64,000 bases of DNA, from NCBI GenBank assembly GCA_963666515.2, contig OY762897.2:2496001-2560000 (forward strand), read 5' to 3'. Within the stretch, counting starts at the first letter, position 1. Each line of letters begins with the position of its first letter. Below, piece after piece: positions 21,651 through 30,859 of the stretch. The notes under the pieces are model-generated. The model was not told the origin of the DNA. It saw nothing but the letters and a program-made list of their open reading frames with translations, and ran no database searches. Origin of the DNA: Candidatus Binatia bacterium (GTDB lineage: Bacteria > Desulfobacterota > Binatia > UBA9968 > JAJDTQ01). A program made the translations under genes and the position numbers.

Positions 21651-22079
21651 TCAACCACGATTCGACTCCACTTCGAATTCCTCCTCACTTATTCCATTCT
21701 CGATCAAGTAACGTCTCATACGGTTGAGGAACGCTTCTGCCCGTTGGTACTCCTGCATTGTTTCTTCGCGGGAGAATCGAACATGCACGCTGTAGTCTAC
21801 CATCAGTCTATCGTCCAGGCTCCATCCGAGTTCCCTGGCCCACTCCGGTTCGATCTGACCTGTTCGCACGAGATGCAATCCAAACATCCTCCTCACAGCG
21901 GCATGACTCGACGGTCCCATGTCGTGAACAAACAAAGCGGCTTTGGCTGCATGGAAAATCGCATAGTAGGACCGTGATACCGAGTCTTCTTCCCTATAAT
22001 CGGATCGCATTAGAGTCTCCGCCGCACCCAGAGACCGTACGGCTAGCCGCCACTCTCCGAACAGCATCGGCCTGTTCAC
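21651..22079 (-). CDS. HEPN domain protein
   Basis: SRSYYAIFHAAKA, SH, R...DY; coupled to upstream nucleotidyltransferase. Confidence 0.88.
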   Translation of the reverse strand: MNRPMLFGEWRLAVRSLGAAETLMRSDYREEDSVSRSYYAIFHAAKAALFVHDMGPSSHAAVRRMFGLHLVRTGQIEPEWARELGWSLDDRLMVDYSVHVRFSREETMQEYQRAEAFLNRMRRYLIENGISEEEFEVESNRG

Positions 22080-22411
22080 AGCACCGATACCCCATGGCGC
22101 TCTACTGCATCTCTATAAGGAGACTGCAAGGCTTTCAGTCGATCCCACTCTTGTTCGGTGTACGCCATGATCGAAGGGACCGCCCACGAAGTCACGGCCA
22201 GGTCGTAACCAATGTCCCGCAGTAGCCGTTTAAGGTCGATGGCCTCGTCCCGGACGACGACGAGTATGTCGAGATCACTGTCTTCTCGGGCTTCGCCCCG
22301 TGCTTTGGAACCATAGACAAGCATCCGTAACACCATTCCTGGGTGTTTTTGGGCGAGCGCCTCACGGTACTGGTCCAGCCACTTCTGTTCGTCTGGGTGG
22401 AGTTTCAACAC
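22076..22411 (-). CDS. Minimal nucleotidyltransferase (MNT) of an MNT-HEPN pair
   Basis: YGSKARGEAREDSDLDI. Confidence 0.9.
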   Translation of the reverse strand: MLKLHPDEQKWLDQYREALAQKHPGMVLRMLVYGSKARGEAREDSDLDILVVVRDEAIDLKRLLRDIGYDLAVTSWAVPSIMAYTEQEWDRLKALQSPYRDAVERHGVSVL

Positions 22412-22477
22412 GGAATCAGACCCTTAATGTCGGAGGTAGCAGCTTCGGATAAAGCCGGTCTCCGGTCAAGTCCGTGG

Positions 22478-23341
22478 TCAGGCCACCGAACGGCGGCCCG
22501 GCTCGGGCTGGGCCGGCTGACTGAATGGGCGGTCGTGGCGCAGGCTCGGGACGCGCTTGCGGACGCTGGCGACGCTCTCCATGTCCACGGTGGCGACGAT
22601 GGTGCCAACGTCGGCGCCGCCCTCGGCGAGGGTCTCGCCCCAAGGGGAAACGATGAGGGAGTGGCCGTAGACGGCGCCGCCGCCGGGGACGGGGCCGACG
22701 GAGCAGGGGGCCACCACCACGGCGCCGTTCTCGATGGCGCGGGCGCGGTTGAGGACGTGCCAGTGGGCTTGTCCCGTGACCTTGGTGAACGCCGCGGGCA
22801 CCGCCAGGATCTCGGCGCCCGCCTGGGCGAGTGAGCGGTAGAGGTGGGGGAAGCGCAGGTCGTAGCAGGTGGTCATGCCCAGGCGGCCCCAGGGGGTGTC
22901 CGCCACCACGGCCTGCTTGCCGGGACTGACCACGGCGGACTCGCGGTAGCGCTCGGTCTCGGAGAGGTCCACGTCGAACAGGTGGATCTTGTCGTAGCGG
23001 GCGCGGATATCGCCTTGATCGTCCACCAGGAAGCCGCGGTTGATGAGCCGGCCCTCGGGTCCGTCCACGGCTACGGAACCGATGAGCATCCACACGCCGG
23101 CATCGCGGGCGAAGGCGCACAACGCCTCCAGCACGGGGTGGCTCGCCTCGGGCGCGGCCGGGGGCTTGAGCACGCCGTTCTCGGTGGCGAGGCCGCCGCA
23201 GAACTCGGGCAGGCACACCAGCTCGGCGCCCGCGGCCACCGCGTCGCGGGACAGGCGGCAGGCGGCCTCGATGGCCTCGTCGAAGGTCGGCAGAGCCGGC
23301 GTCTGGACACAGCCGATGCGCACTTCGCGCGTGGTGGTCAT
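22478..23341 (-). CDS. Carbon-nitrogen hydrolase (Nit1 / deaminated glutathione amidase-like)
   Basis: LPE, YDKIHLFD, CYDLRFP catalytic triad, HW..L.RARAIE. Confidence 0.92.
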   Translation of the reverse strand: MTTTREVRIGCVQTPALPTFDEAIEAACRLSRDAVAAGAELVCLPEFCGGLATENGVLKPPAAPEASHPVLEALCAFARDAGVWMLIGSVAVDGPEGRLINRGFLVDDQGDIRARYDKIHLFDVDLSETERYRESAVVSPGKQAVVADTPWGRLGMTTCYDLRFPHLYRSLAQAGAEILAVPAAFTKVTGQAHWHVLNRARAIENGAVVVAPCSVGPVPGGGAVYGHSLIVSPWGETLAEGGADVGTIVATVDMESVASVRKRVPSLRHDRPFSQPAQPEPGRRSVA

Positions 23342-23450
23342 GGTCTTCTCTCCCGTGGTCGCCCGGATTCTCTCTGATCGAGTTTAACGCCTTGTACGGA
23401 AATTACGAACTACATTCACATACCGCAGAACGCGCCGACCGATCTCCCGC

Positions 23451-23951
23451 CTATGCGCGCGTCAGCCGCTCGATGAGCGCTCCGTGCTGCGGGTAGCGCC
23501 CGAGCAGCTCTTCCTTCGTCGGCAGTTCGAAATCGGCGAAGTCGAAGCCCGGGACGCAGGTGCAGCCCACCAGGGCGTAGCCATGAGCGCCGTCCACGGA
23601 GGCGCCGAACAGGGAGCCGCCGGGCACCAGCGCCTGAAGGCGCTCGCCCGCCTGCAGGTCGGGGCCCATGCGGATGGGCGTGTAGCGGCCGGCGGCGTCA
23701 ATGACGTGCACGGTGAGAGTCGAGCCCGCGTAGAAGTGCCACAGCTCGTCCTGCTTGATGCGGTGGAGGGCGGAGAACTCTTGGTCCCGCAGCAGGAAGT
23801 AGATGGAAGTGCCGAGGTTGCGGGGACCGTCGTATCCTTCCAGCGCCTCACCCGATACTGCGGCGGCGGATCGATAGACCTCCTTGAAGTGCCCGCCTTC
23901 GGGGTGGGGTTTCAGATCGAGGTGGTCTATCCAGTAGGCGGCGTCGCGCAC
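23451..23951 (-). CDS. Cupin_5 (DUF985) protein
   Basis: LKPHPEGG, TSIYFLL, DELWHFYAG, LVGCTCVPGFDFADF. Confidence 0.92.
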   Translation of the reverse strand: MRDAAYWIDHLDLKPHPEGGHFKEVYRSAAAVSGEALEGYDGPRNLGTSIYFLLRDQEFSALHRIKQDELWHFYAGSTLTVHVIDAAGRYTPIRMGPDLQAGERLQALVPGGSLFGASVDGAHGYALVGCTCVPGFDFADFELPTKEELLGRYPQHGALIERLTRA

Positions 23952-23990
23952 GGAGTACCTCTCGGGGAAGTTTCCCTACCCTGCTCCGGT

Positions 23991-24018
23991 CTGGATTCCG
24001 GCTTTCGCCGGAATGACG
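23991..24018 (-). repeat. CGTC-type REP
   Basis: CTGGATTCCGGCTTTCGCCGGAATGACG, identical to 17559-17586. Confidence 0.85.
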
Positions 24019-24033
24019 TTTTCGTGCAGGTCA

Positions 24034-25203
24034 CTACGATGGTGCAGCTCCCGCATCGCGCAACGTCCGCCGCCACAGCGCCAAGTCTCCGCCGCCGTCG
24101 AAGTGATAGCGCTGCAGCGCATCCGGGTCGAGGGTGACGCCGAGGCCGGGGCCGTCGGGCGGGCGCATGAAGCCGTTCTTCGGTTCCAGGGGCTCCTGGA
24201 GGAGGTGGCTGCGGAGCGGGTTCTCGTTGTAGTCGAACTCCATCACCGCGCTGTTTTCGAGTGCGGCGGCCAGATGAAGGCTCGCGGCCAAGGCGATACC
24301 GTCGCCGTAGGTGTGGAGCGAGACAGGGAGGCCCTGTTCGGCCGCCAGTGCGGCGATGGTGCGCACCTCGCTGATGCCGCCGGCCCGGGCGACGTCGGGC
24401 TGCAAGACGTCGACGGCGTCCCGCGCCATGAACGATTCGAAGGCGAAGCGGGTGTGGAGGTTCTCGCCCAGGGCCACGGGGACACCGCTACCGGCCTTCA
24501 GCTCGGCATGGCCGGCCACGTCCTCCATGAAAAGCGGCTCCTCCAGCCAGCCGACGCCGAGCTTCTCGAAAGCCGCGGCGGCGGCCAGCGCCACGTCCAG
24601 CCCGTAGCCCATGTTGGCGTCGGTCATGAGCGGGAAATCGGCTCCGAGCGCCGACCGCACGGCGCTTACGATTTCGATATCCTGGGCGAGGTCGAAGCCC
24701 ACCTTGATCTTGATGCCGTGGAAGCCCCGTTCCGCCAGCTTCTCGGCCTTCTCCACCGCAGCCTCGGTTGCCTCGGGATAGAGCGCGGTGGCGTAGACCT
24801 CCACCGGGTCCCGGCGCTTGCCGCCCAGCAGCTCGTACACCGGCACGCCCTTCACCTTGCCGGCGATGTCCCACAGGGCGATGTCCACGCCGCTGAGGGC
24901 CACCACGCCGACGCCCCTGGAGCCGAAAGCGCGGACGCCGGCCCGGAAATAGGCCGTGTCCCAGATCTCCTCGATGGCGAGGGGATCCATGCCGATGAGG
25001 AGGGGCTTGAGCACATGGGTGACGATGGTCTCCAGCACCACTCCATTGCCGGAACAGGAACCCACGCCGGTGACTCCCTCATCGGTGTGGACCTCCACCA
25101 GAAACCCGTAGCGATGGGTCCGCAAGCCCGTGCGGCTCTCCACCCGCCCCTGAACGCCCATCGGCGCGCGCAGCCGCAGGGTCGTGATGTCCGTGATCTT
25201 CAT
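24034..25203 (-). CDS. Mandelate racemase/muconate lactonizing enzyme family
   Basis: DIALWDI.GK, KIKVG, DAN, WLEEP, GEN, QPDV. Confidence 0.92.
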   Translation of the reverse strand: MKITDITTLRLRAPMGVQGRVESRTGLRTHRYGFLVEVHTDEGVTGVGSCSGNGVVLETIVTHVLKPLLIGMDPLAIEEIWDTAYFRAGVRAFGSRGVGVVALSGVDIALWDIAGKVKGVPVYELLGGKRRDPVEVYATALYPEATEAAVEKAEKLAERGFHGIKIKVGFDLAQDIEIVSAVRSALGADFPLMTDANMGYGLDVALAAAAAFEKLGVGWLEEPLFMEDVAGHAELKAGSGVPVALGENLHTRFAFESFMARDAVDVLQPDVARAGGISEVRTIAALAAEQGLPVSLHTYGDGIALAASLHLAAALENSAVMEFDYNENPLRSHLLQEPLEPKNGFMRPPDGPGLGVTLDPDALQRYHFDGGGDLALWRRTLRDAGAAPS

Positions 25204-25429
25204 CGGAAACTCCCGGCCTCCCATCGAGCCGACATGGCGGCTGCCATCCCACAACGTCCCTTTGTCCGGACCAGCCTTGACACCTTCCGTCCGGCGGAAG
25301 TAGATAAAGTCTCGATCCGGACACCGCCTCGAAGAAGCCCTGGTCCGGCAGGCCGACCGTAGTCGATGCCGGCGTACACGTACAAGAGAAGTACAATTCG
25401 GCGCCGGCCGTCAACCCTTTGGAGCAACC

Positions 25430-26455
25430 ATGCAAGGCAACAAGGTCTGTATTCCGGCGCCGCACAAGCTGTCGGTGGGGCGGGACGTGCTGGAGGAGGC
25501 AGGCTGCGAGCTGGTGCTGGGAAAGGACCAGGACGAGCATCCCAAGCACCGCTACACGGAAGACGAGCTGGTGGAGCTGATCGGCGACAGCGACGCCGTC
25601 TGGGCGGCCCAGCGGGACTTCATCAGCGGGGCGGTGATGCGCCGGTGCCCGAAGCTGCGGGGGGTGATCAAGGCCGCCATCGGCTACGAGACCATCGACG
25701 TGGAAGCCGCCACCGAACTGGGCGTCCTGGTGTGCAACAGCCCGGCGCGGGAGAACTTCACCGGCGTGGCCGAGGCCACCGTCGGGCTCATGTCCATGCT
25801 GTTCAAGCGGCTGGTGCACAACCAGCAACTCCTGCGCGAGGGCGGCTGGAAGCGCAACGAGCACCGGGGCAACCTGATGGTGGGCCGCACCGTCGGCATC
25901 GTGGGCGTGGGACGGGTGGGCAAGGAGGTGGCCAAGCGCCTCGGCCCCTGGGAGATGCGGCTCATCGGCTGCGACCCCTACATCACCCAGGAGTCGGTGC
26001 AGCACCTGGGGGTGGAGCTGGTGTCGCTGGACGCGGTGCTGCGGGAATCCGACCTCGTGACCCTGCACACGCCCCTCACCGAGGAGACCCGCCAGCTCAT
26101 CACCCTGGCCGAGCTGAAGAAGATGAAGCCCACCGCCTACCTGGTGAACACGTGCCGCGGCGGCGTGGTCAAGCAGGACGACTTGGTGCAGGCGCTCAAC
26201 GAGGGCGTCATCGCCGGCGCGGCCGTGGACGTGTTCGAGGAGGAGCCGCTGCCCATGTCCGACCCCATCCGGCAGGTGGACCCGGAGCGGCTGATCATGA
26301 CCCCGCACATCATCGGCACCAACCCGCAGTCCCAAGTGTCCGGCGAGCGCATGGCGGCTCAGAGCATCCTCACGGTGCTGGCGGGACAGGCGCCCGAGAC
26401 GGTGGTGAACCCGGCGTGCGTGGACGCTTGGCGGGAACGGTTCGGCGCCCGTTGA
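25430..26455 (+). CDS. D-isomer-specific 2-hydroxyacid dehydrogenase
   Basis: GVGRVG, LHTPLT.ET, NTCRG, DVFEEEP, TPH. Confidence 0.92.
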   Translation: MQGNKVCIPAPHKLSVGRDVLEEAGCELVLGKDQDEHPKHRYTEDELVELIGDSDAVWAAQRDFISGAVMRRCPKLRGVIKAAIGYETIDVEAATELGVLVCNSPARENFTGVAEATVGLMSMLFKRLVHNQQLLREGGWKRNEHRGNLMVGRTVGIVGVGRVGKEVAKRLGPWEMRLIGCDPYITQESVQHLGVELVSLDAVLRESDLVTLHTPLTEETRQLITLAELKKMKPTAYLVNTCRGGVVKQDDLVQALNEGVIAGAAVDVFEEEPLPMSDPIRQVDPERLIMTPHIIGTNPQSQVSGERMAAQSILTVLAGQAPETVVNPACVDAWRERFGAR

Positions 26456-26493
26456 CGGAGGACCGGCACACCCCGTTCCCGGAAAAACCAGTG

Positions 26494-26517
26494 GTAGGGG
26501 CGACCGGCGGTCGTCCT
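26494..26517 (+). repeat. GTAG-type REP
   Basis: GTAGGGGCGACCGGCGGTCGTCCT, variant of the 6799 copy. Confidence 0.75.
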
Positions 26518-26548
26518 GACCGGCCGTCGAACAGAATGGAGGAGACCC

Positions 26549-27367
26549 GTGGCTGAAAGGGAAACCATCATCGAGGACATCAACGAGGAAACAGGCGTCG
26601 CCTGGATCACCCTCAACCGGCCCGAGCGGAAGAACGCTCTCAGCCGCAAGCTCCTGGCGGAGCTGGTGGACAGCCTCAAGACCCTGTCGGTGAACGACAA
26701 CATCCGCTGCATCGTCACCACCGGGGCGGGCAACGCCTACAGTTCGGGGCTGGACCTGTACGACCTGCGAGCGTCGTGGCAGGGCAAGCGCCGGCTCTAC
26801 GAAGGCGGCTCGGCCCGCGAGATCGTCACGCTGCTGCGCCAAGCCCCCCAGGTCACCGTGGCCGCGGTCAACGGCTGGGCCCTGGGCGGCGGCCTGGTGC
26901 TGGTGAACGGCCATGACCTGGCCATCGCCGCGGACACGGCTCAGTTCGGCATGCCGGAGATCATCCGCGGCAGCTACGGCGCCACCGCCACGCCTACGCT
27001 CTTCCGCAGCGGCATCCCCTTCAAGAAGGCCTTCTACATCCAGCTCACCGGCGAGAACATCGCCGGCGCCGAGGCCGAGCGCCTGGGGCTGGTGTCCAAG
27101 ACCGTGCCCGAGCAGGAGCTGATCCCGTTCGTGCGGGAGTTCGCCGCCACCATCGCCACGCGCCACCCGGCGACCCTGGAGCACGCCAAGATCGCCGCCT
27201 ACACGGCCATGGACCTGGACAACAGCCGCGGGCTCCTGGTGGACGAGATCATCTCCCACCGCATGCGCGTGTACACCAACCCGCTGAACGACGTGGAAGG
27301 CTACCTGCAGTCGCAGAAGGGCGGCGGCAACGTGGGCTACGAGAAGCCCGACGCGAAGAAGTCGTAG
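26549..27367 (+). CDS. Enoyl-CoA hydratase/isomerase family protein
   Basis: LNRPERKNAL, SSGLDL, AAVNGWALGGG, FGMPE. Confidence 0.92.
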   Translation: MAERETIIEDINEETGVAWITLNRPERKNALSRKLLAELVDSLKTLSVNDNIRCIVTTGAGNAYSSGLDLYDLRASWQGKRRLYEGGSAREIVTLLRQAPQVTVAAVNGWALGGGLVLVNGHDLAIAADTAQFGMPEIIRGSYGATATPTLFRSGIPFKKAFYIQLTGENIAGAEAERLGLVSKTVPEQELIPFVREFAATIATRHPATLEHAKIAAYTAMDLDNSRGLLVDEIISHRMRVYTNPLNDVEGYLQSQKGGGNVGYEKPDAKKS

Positions 27368-27388
27368 GAGCGGGTTTCAAACCCGCCC
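27364..27388 (+). repeat. GTAG-type REP (second family); supplies the TAG stop of the crotonase
   Basis: GTAGGAGCGGGTTTCAAACCCGCCC. Confidence 0.7.
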
Positions 27389-27438
27389 GCGTTCGCGTCG
27401 CGCTGCGGCCGATACAGCCTGTGAGCGGCGGAACCCTT

Positions 27439-29958
27439 ATGACCAAACACGAATCAGAACACCCCGACGGCGCCCCGCGCCTGCTGGAAGGATACCGGGC
27501 GCTGGACCTCACGGACCGCAAGGGCCAGATGTGCGGCCGCTTCCTCGCCGACCTGGGCGTGGAGGTGGTCAAGATCGAGCCGCCCGGCGGCGACCCGGTG
27601 CGGCGGCTGCCCCCTTTCGCCGGCGAGACCAGCCTCACCTTCGCCCATCTCAACGCCAACAAGCGCACCCTGGAGCTGGACCTCGACACGCCCCAGGGCC
27701 GGGAGCGGCTGCGGGCGCTGGCAGCCGAGACCGACATCCTCATCGAGAGCGGCGCGCCCGGGTGGATGGCCGGCCTGGAGCTGGACTATGACCGCCTGAG
27801 TGACATCAACCCTCGCCTGATCATGGCCTCCATCACCGGCTTCGGCCAGTGGGGTCCCTACAGCGGCTTCGCCTGCAACGACCCGGTGGTGTTCGCCATG
27901 TGCGGACTCATGTCCATCTCCGGCGACCCCGACGGCGCGCCGTGCGTGCCGCCCGAGACCCAGGCCTACTACTTCGGCAGCCTCATGGCCGCGCTGGGCA
28001 TCGTGGCGGCGCTCCATCGCCGCGAACGTACCGGCGCCGGCGACTCGATCGACGTGTCCATGCAGGAGGCCCTGGCCACCCAGGAACACATGATCCGGCT
28101 CTACGCCAACGAGGGGGACATCCACCACCGCGCCGGCAGCCAGCACCAGCACGTGGCGCCCGCTCGTATCTTCCCTTGCCGCGACGGTTACGTCTACATC
28201 TACGTCAGCCGGCAGCACTGGCAGAGGTTCCTCGATATCTGGCCCGGCCACCCCGAGGATTTCGACGACCCGGCATACCTCAACAACCTTTTCCGGCGGT
28301 CCCGCGCCGACGTCATCAACCCCGCGGTGAGCGAGTTCACGCGGCGGCACTCCATGGAGGAGCTGACGCGCCTGCTCCAGTCCAACCGTATCCCGTGCCT
28401 GCCCGTGAACCGGCCGCTGGGCTTCCTGCGGGACCCGCACGTGGAAGGACGGCGTTTCGTCCAGGAGGTGCGCTACCCGGACGGGACATCGCTGATCCAG
28501 CCGGCCCTTCCCTGCCTGTTCAGCGGGTCAAGGCCACGGGTCCAGGCTCCGCAGACTGCCGGCCGGGACGGCCAGGACCCCGGTTTCACGCCGAGGCGGG
28601 GCGGCACGCCCGTACCGCGGCCCGGCGAAAGGAACGCCGCTCAGCCCGCGGAAGCCAGGCATGGAGAGGACAGCGCCTCCGCGACGCCCGCGGGGAACGC
28701 AGGGGCGACGACAGGCGCGGCTCCCGGCCGCGTCCACGCCGACGGCCAGGGCCTGCCGCTACAAGGCATGCGCGTGCTGAGCTTCGACCACGTGCTGGCG
28801 GGTCCCTTCGGCATGATGCTGCTGGCGGACCTGGGCGCGGAGGTGCTGAAGGTGGAGTCCGCCAAGGGCGGGCTCGACCCCTTCCGCTTCTTCGGCACCG
28901 GGGACGATCCCAACGCGTCGCCGCGCTTCCTGGAGTTCAACCGCAACAAGCGCTCGGTCACGGTGAACCTCAAGCATCCCGAGGGACCGGGCCTGATCCG
29001 GGAACTGGCGCAACACTGCGACCTGGTGTTGGACAACTTCGCGGCGCGGGTGATGCCGGGCCTGGGACTCGACTACGAGCACCTGGTAGAGCAGAAGCCC
29101 GACATCGTCACCCTGCGGATGCCCGGGCTCGGCGCCACCGGCCCCAAGAAGGACTCCCTGACCCTGGGCACCATCATCACCGGGTTCACCGGCTTCACCT
29201 GGCTGTGGAACGAGTCCGCTGACCTGGACCCGCCGGTGGGGTCGGGCACCGTGCTGCCGGACTACGTGTCGGGAGTCATGGCCGCGATCCTGTCGGTGGC
29301 GGTGACGCTTTACCGCCGAAGGACCGGCCGCGGAATGGCCATGGACATGGCCCAGGCCGAGGCGGCCGCGTTCCTCATCGGCGCCGCCATGATCCAGGCT
29401 GCCAACACCGACACCGAGCCCGTGGCCGTGGGCAACCGGTCGCCCTATCACGCGCCCTACGGCATCTACGCGTGCAAGGGCGACGACCGCTGGTGCGTCA
29501 TCGCCACCGAGGACGAGGCCCAGTGGCGAAAGCTGGCCGCCGCCATCGGGCAGCCGGAATTGGCCGACGACCCTCGGTTCCAGGATTCGGCGGACCGGGT
29601 GCGCAACCGGGCCGAGCTCGACGCCGTCATCGAGGACTGGACCCGGCCCCGCGACTGCCACGAGGTCATGCGGCTGTTGCAGGCGGAAGGGATCCCCTGC
29701 GGCGCGGTGCAGAACGGCGCCGACTTGGTGGAAAACGACCCGCACCTCCAGACCCGCGGCTTCCTCGGCACTCACGACAATCCGCGCTTCGGGCGCCTCA
29801 CCCTCCCCTGCCTCCCCATCCGCTTCGCCCGCACCGACGCCGCTCAGGACTGGGTGTTTCCCGACCTCGGCCGGGACACCGACCGCACCCTTCGCGACGT
29901 GCTCGGCTACGACGACGCACGCATCCGGCAACTGCGGGAGGACGGCGCGCTGGAGTGA
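27439..29958 (+). CDS. Family III (CaiB/BaiF) CoA-transferase, two fused domains
   Basis: Two LADLG.EV.K.E and N.NKR motifs joined by a low-complexity linker. Confidence 0.92.
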   Translation: MTKHESEHPDGAPRLLEGYRALDLTDRKGQMCGRFLADLGVEVVKIEPPGGDPVRRLPPFAGETSLTFAHLNANKRTLELDLDTPQGRERLRALAAETDILIESGAPGWMAGLELDYDRLSDINPRLIMASITGFGQWGPYSGFACNDPVVFAMCGLMSISGDPDGAPCVPPETQAYYFGSLMAALGIVAALHRRERTGAGDSIDVSMQEALATQEHMIRLYANEGDIHHRAGSQHQHVAPARIFPCRDGYVYIYVSRQHWQRFLDIWPGHPEDFDDPAYLNNLFRRSRADVINPAVSEFTRRHSMEELTRLLQSNRIPCLPVNRPLGFLRDPHVEGRRFVQEVRYPDGTSLIQPALPCLFSGSRPRVQAPQTAGRDGQDPGFTPRRGGTPVPRPGERNAAQPAEARHGEDSASATPAGNAGATTGAAPGRVHADGQGLPLQGMRVLSFDHVLAGPFGMMLLADLGAEVLKVESAKGGLDPFRFFGTGDDPNASPRFLEFNRNKRSVTVNLKHPEGPGLIRELAQHCDLVLDNFAARVMPGLGLDYEHLVEQKPDIVTLRMPGLGATGPKKDSLTLGTIITGFTGFTWLWNESADLDPPVGSGTVLPDYVSGVMAAILSVAVTLYRRRTGRGMAMDMAQAEAAAFLIGAAMIQAANTDTEPVAVGNRSPYHAPYGIYACKGDDRWCVIATEDEAQWRKLAAAIGQPELADDPRFQDSADRVRNRAELDAVIEDWTRPRDCHEVMRLLQAEGIPCGAVQNGADLVENDPHLQTRGFLGTHDNPRFGRLTLPCLPIRFARTDAAQDWVFPDLGRDTDRTLRDVLGYDDARIRQLREDGALE

Positions 29959-29975
29959 AGTAAGCAGTGCCGCTC

Positions 29976-30003
29976 CGTCATTCCGGCGGAAGCCGGAATC
30001 CAG
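29976..30003 (+). repeat. CGTC-type REP between convergent genes
   Basis: CGTCATTCCGGCGGAAGCCGGAATCCAG. Confidence 0.8.
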
Positions 30004-30027
30004 GAGGACACCGCAGCTCTTAGCGCC

Positions 30028-30801
30028 TTACGGCTCGTAGGACAGGTTGGAGCGCACCAGGTTGCTGATGCGCCGGTGCATGGGATTCTTGAGCTCCTCG
30101 CCGATGTGGGCCATGGCGCCGAGGGTGCGGCCGATGAGGGCGAAGGCCTTGGCCATCTGCCACTGGAGGCCCATGTCCGAGGCGATGGCGGCGATGGCGC
30201 CGGTGACGTTGATGGGCAAGCCCCGGTTGTGGCGCGCCTCCGCGGCCTTCTTGATCTCTCCCAGGAACTCGCAGTAGCGCCCGCGCACGCCGGTCTCGGC
30301 GGCGATTTCGTACAGCTTGTCGGCGCGGGGATCGCCCTCGGAATGGGTGGCGTGGCCGATGCCGGCGATCCGCTGCTTGCGGTTGGAGTGATCTTCCACG
30401 ACGGCTTGTGCGGTCGCGGCCAGATCGACGTCGCCGCTGTCAAGGGGCAGCGCGTCCTGCAGCATCTTGGCGCAGTACTCCGACGAGCCCAGGTGCACGC
30501 TGCCGGCTCCCAGTAGCGCCGCGGCCACCGCTCCCTGGATCGCCTCCGGCGCCGTGGACACGGTGAAACGCGCGGCGATGATGTTTCCCACCATGCCGTG
30601 CTCCACCAGGACGTTGAGCAGCGCGTCGGTCATGCGTCCCTCGTCCTCGCTGGGGACCCGCCCCACCAGCATGAGGAACGTCATCTGTCCGAAGCTGAGC
30701 TTGCCCAGGATGTCCTGGGTCAGGTCGATGTTGCGGACCAGCACCCGGTGCAGCTCGGCCTTGCCCAATCCGGTTACGATCTTGGTCTTGTCGTCGCTCA
30801 C
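30028..30801 (-). CDS. Citryl-CoA lyase (citrate synthase family)
   Basis: VEHG, GAGSVHLG, GIGH..H...DPR, INVTGAIAA, GRTLG..AH. Confidence 0.85.
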   Translation of the reverse strand: MSDDKTKIVTGLGKAELHRVLVRNIDLTQDILGKLSFGQMTFLMLVGRVPSEDEGRMTDALLNVLVEHGMVGNIIAARFTVSTAPEAIQGAVAAALLGAGSVHLGSSEYCAKMLQDALPLDSGDVDLAATAQAVVEDHSNRKQRIAGIGHATHSEGDPRADKLYEIAAETGVRGRYCEFLGEIKKAAEARHNRGLPINVTGAIAAIASDMGLQWQMAKAFALIGRTLGAMAHIGEELKNPMHRRISNLVRSNLSYEP

Positions 30802-30859
30802 GGAGCTCTCCTTGCGGTCACGCGTCCGCTGTCGGGCGCCAAGCCGCGGTTACCAAGCC

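Noticed and set aside
23406-23417. CGAACTACATTC as a Firmicutes-type LexA box
   Set aside because: Imperfect match, not upstream of a repair gene, and unlike the palindrome at lexA
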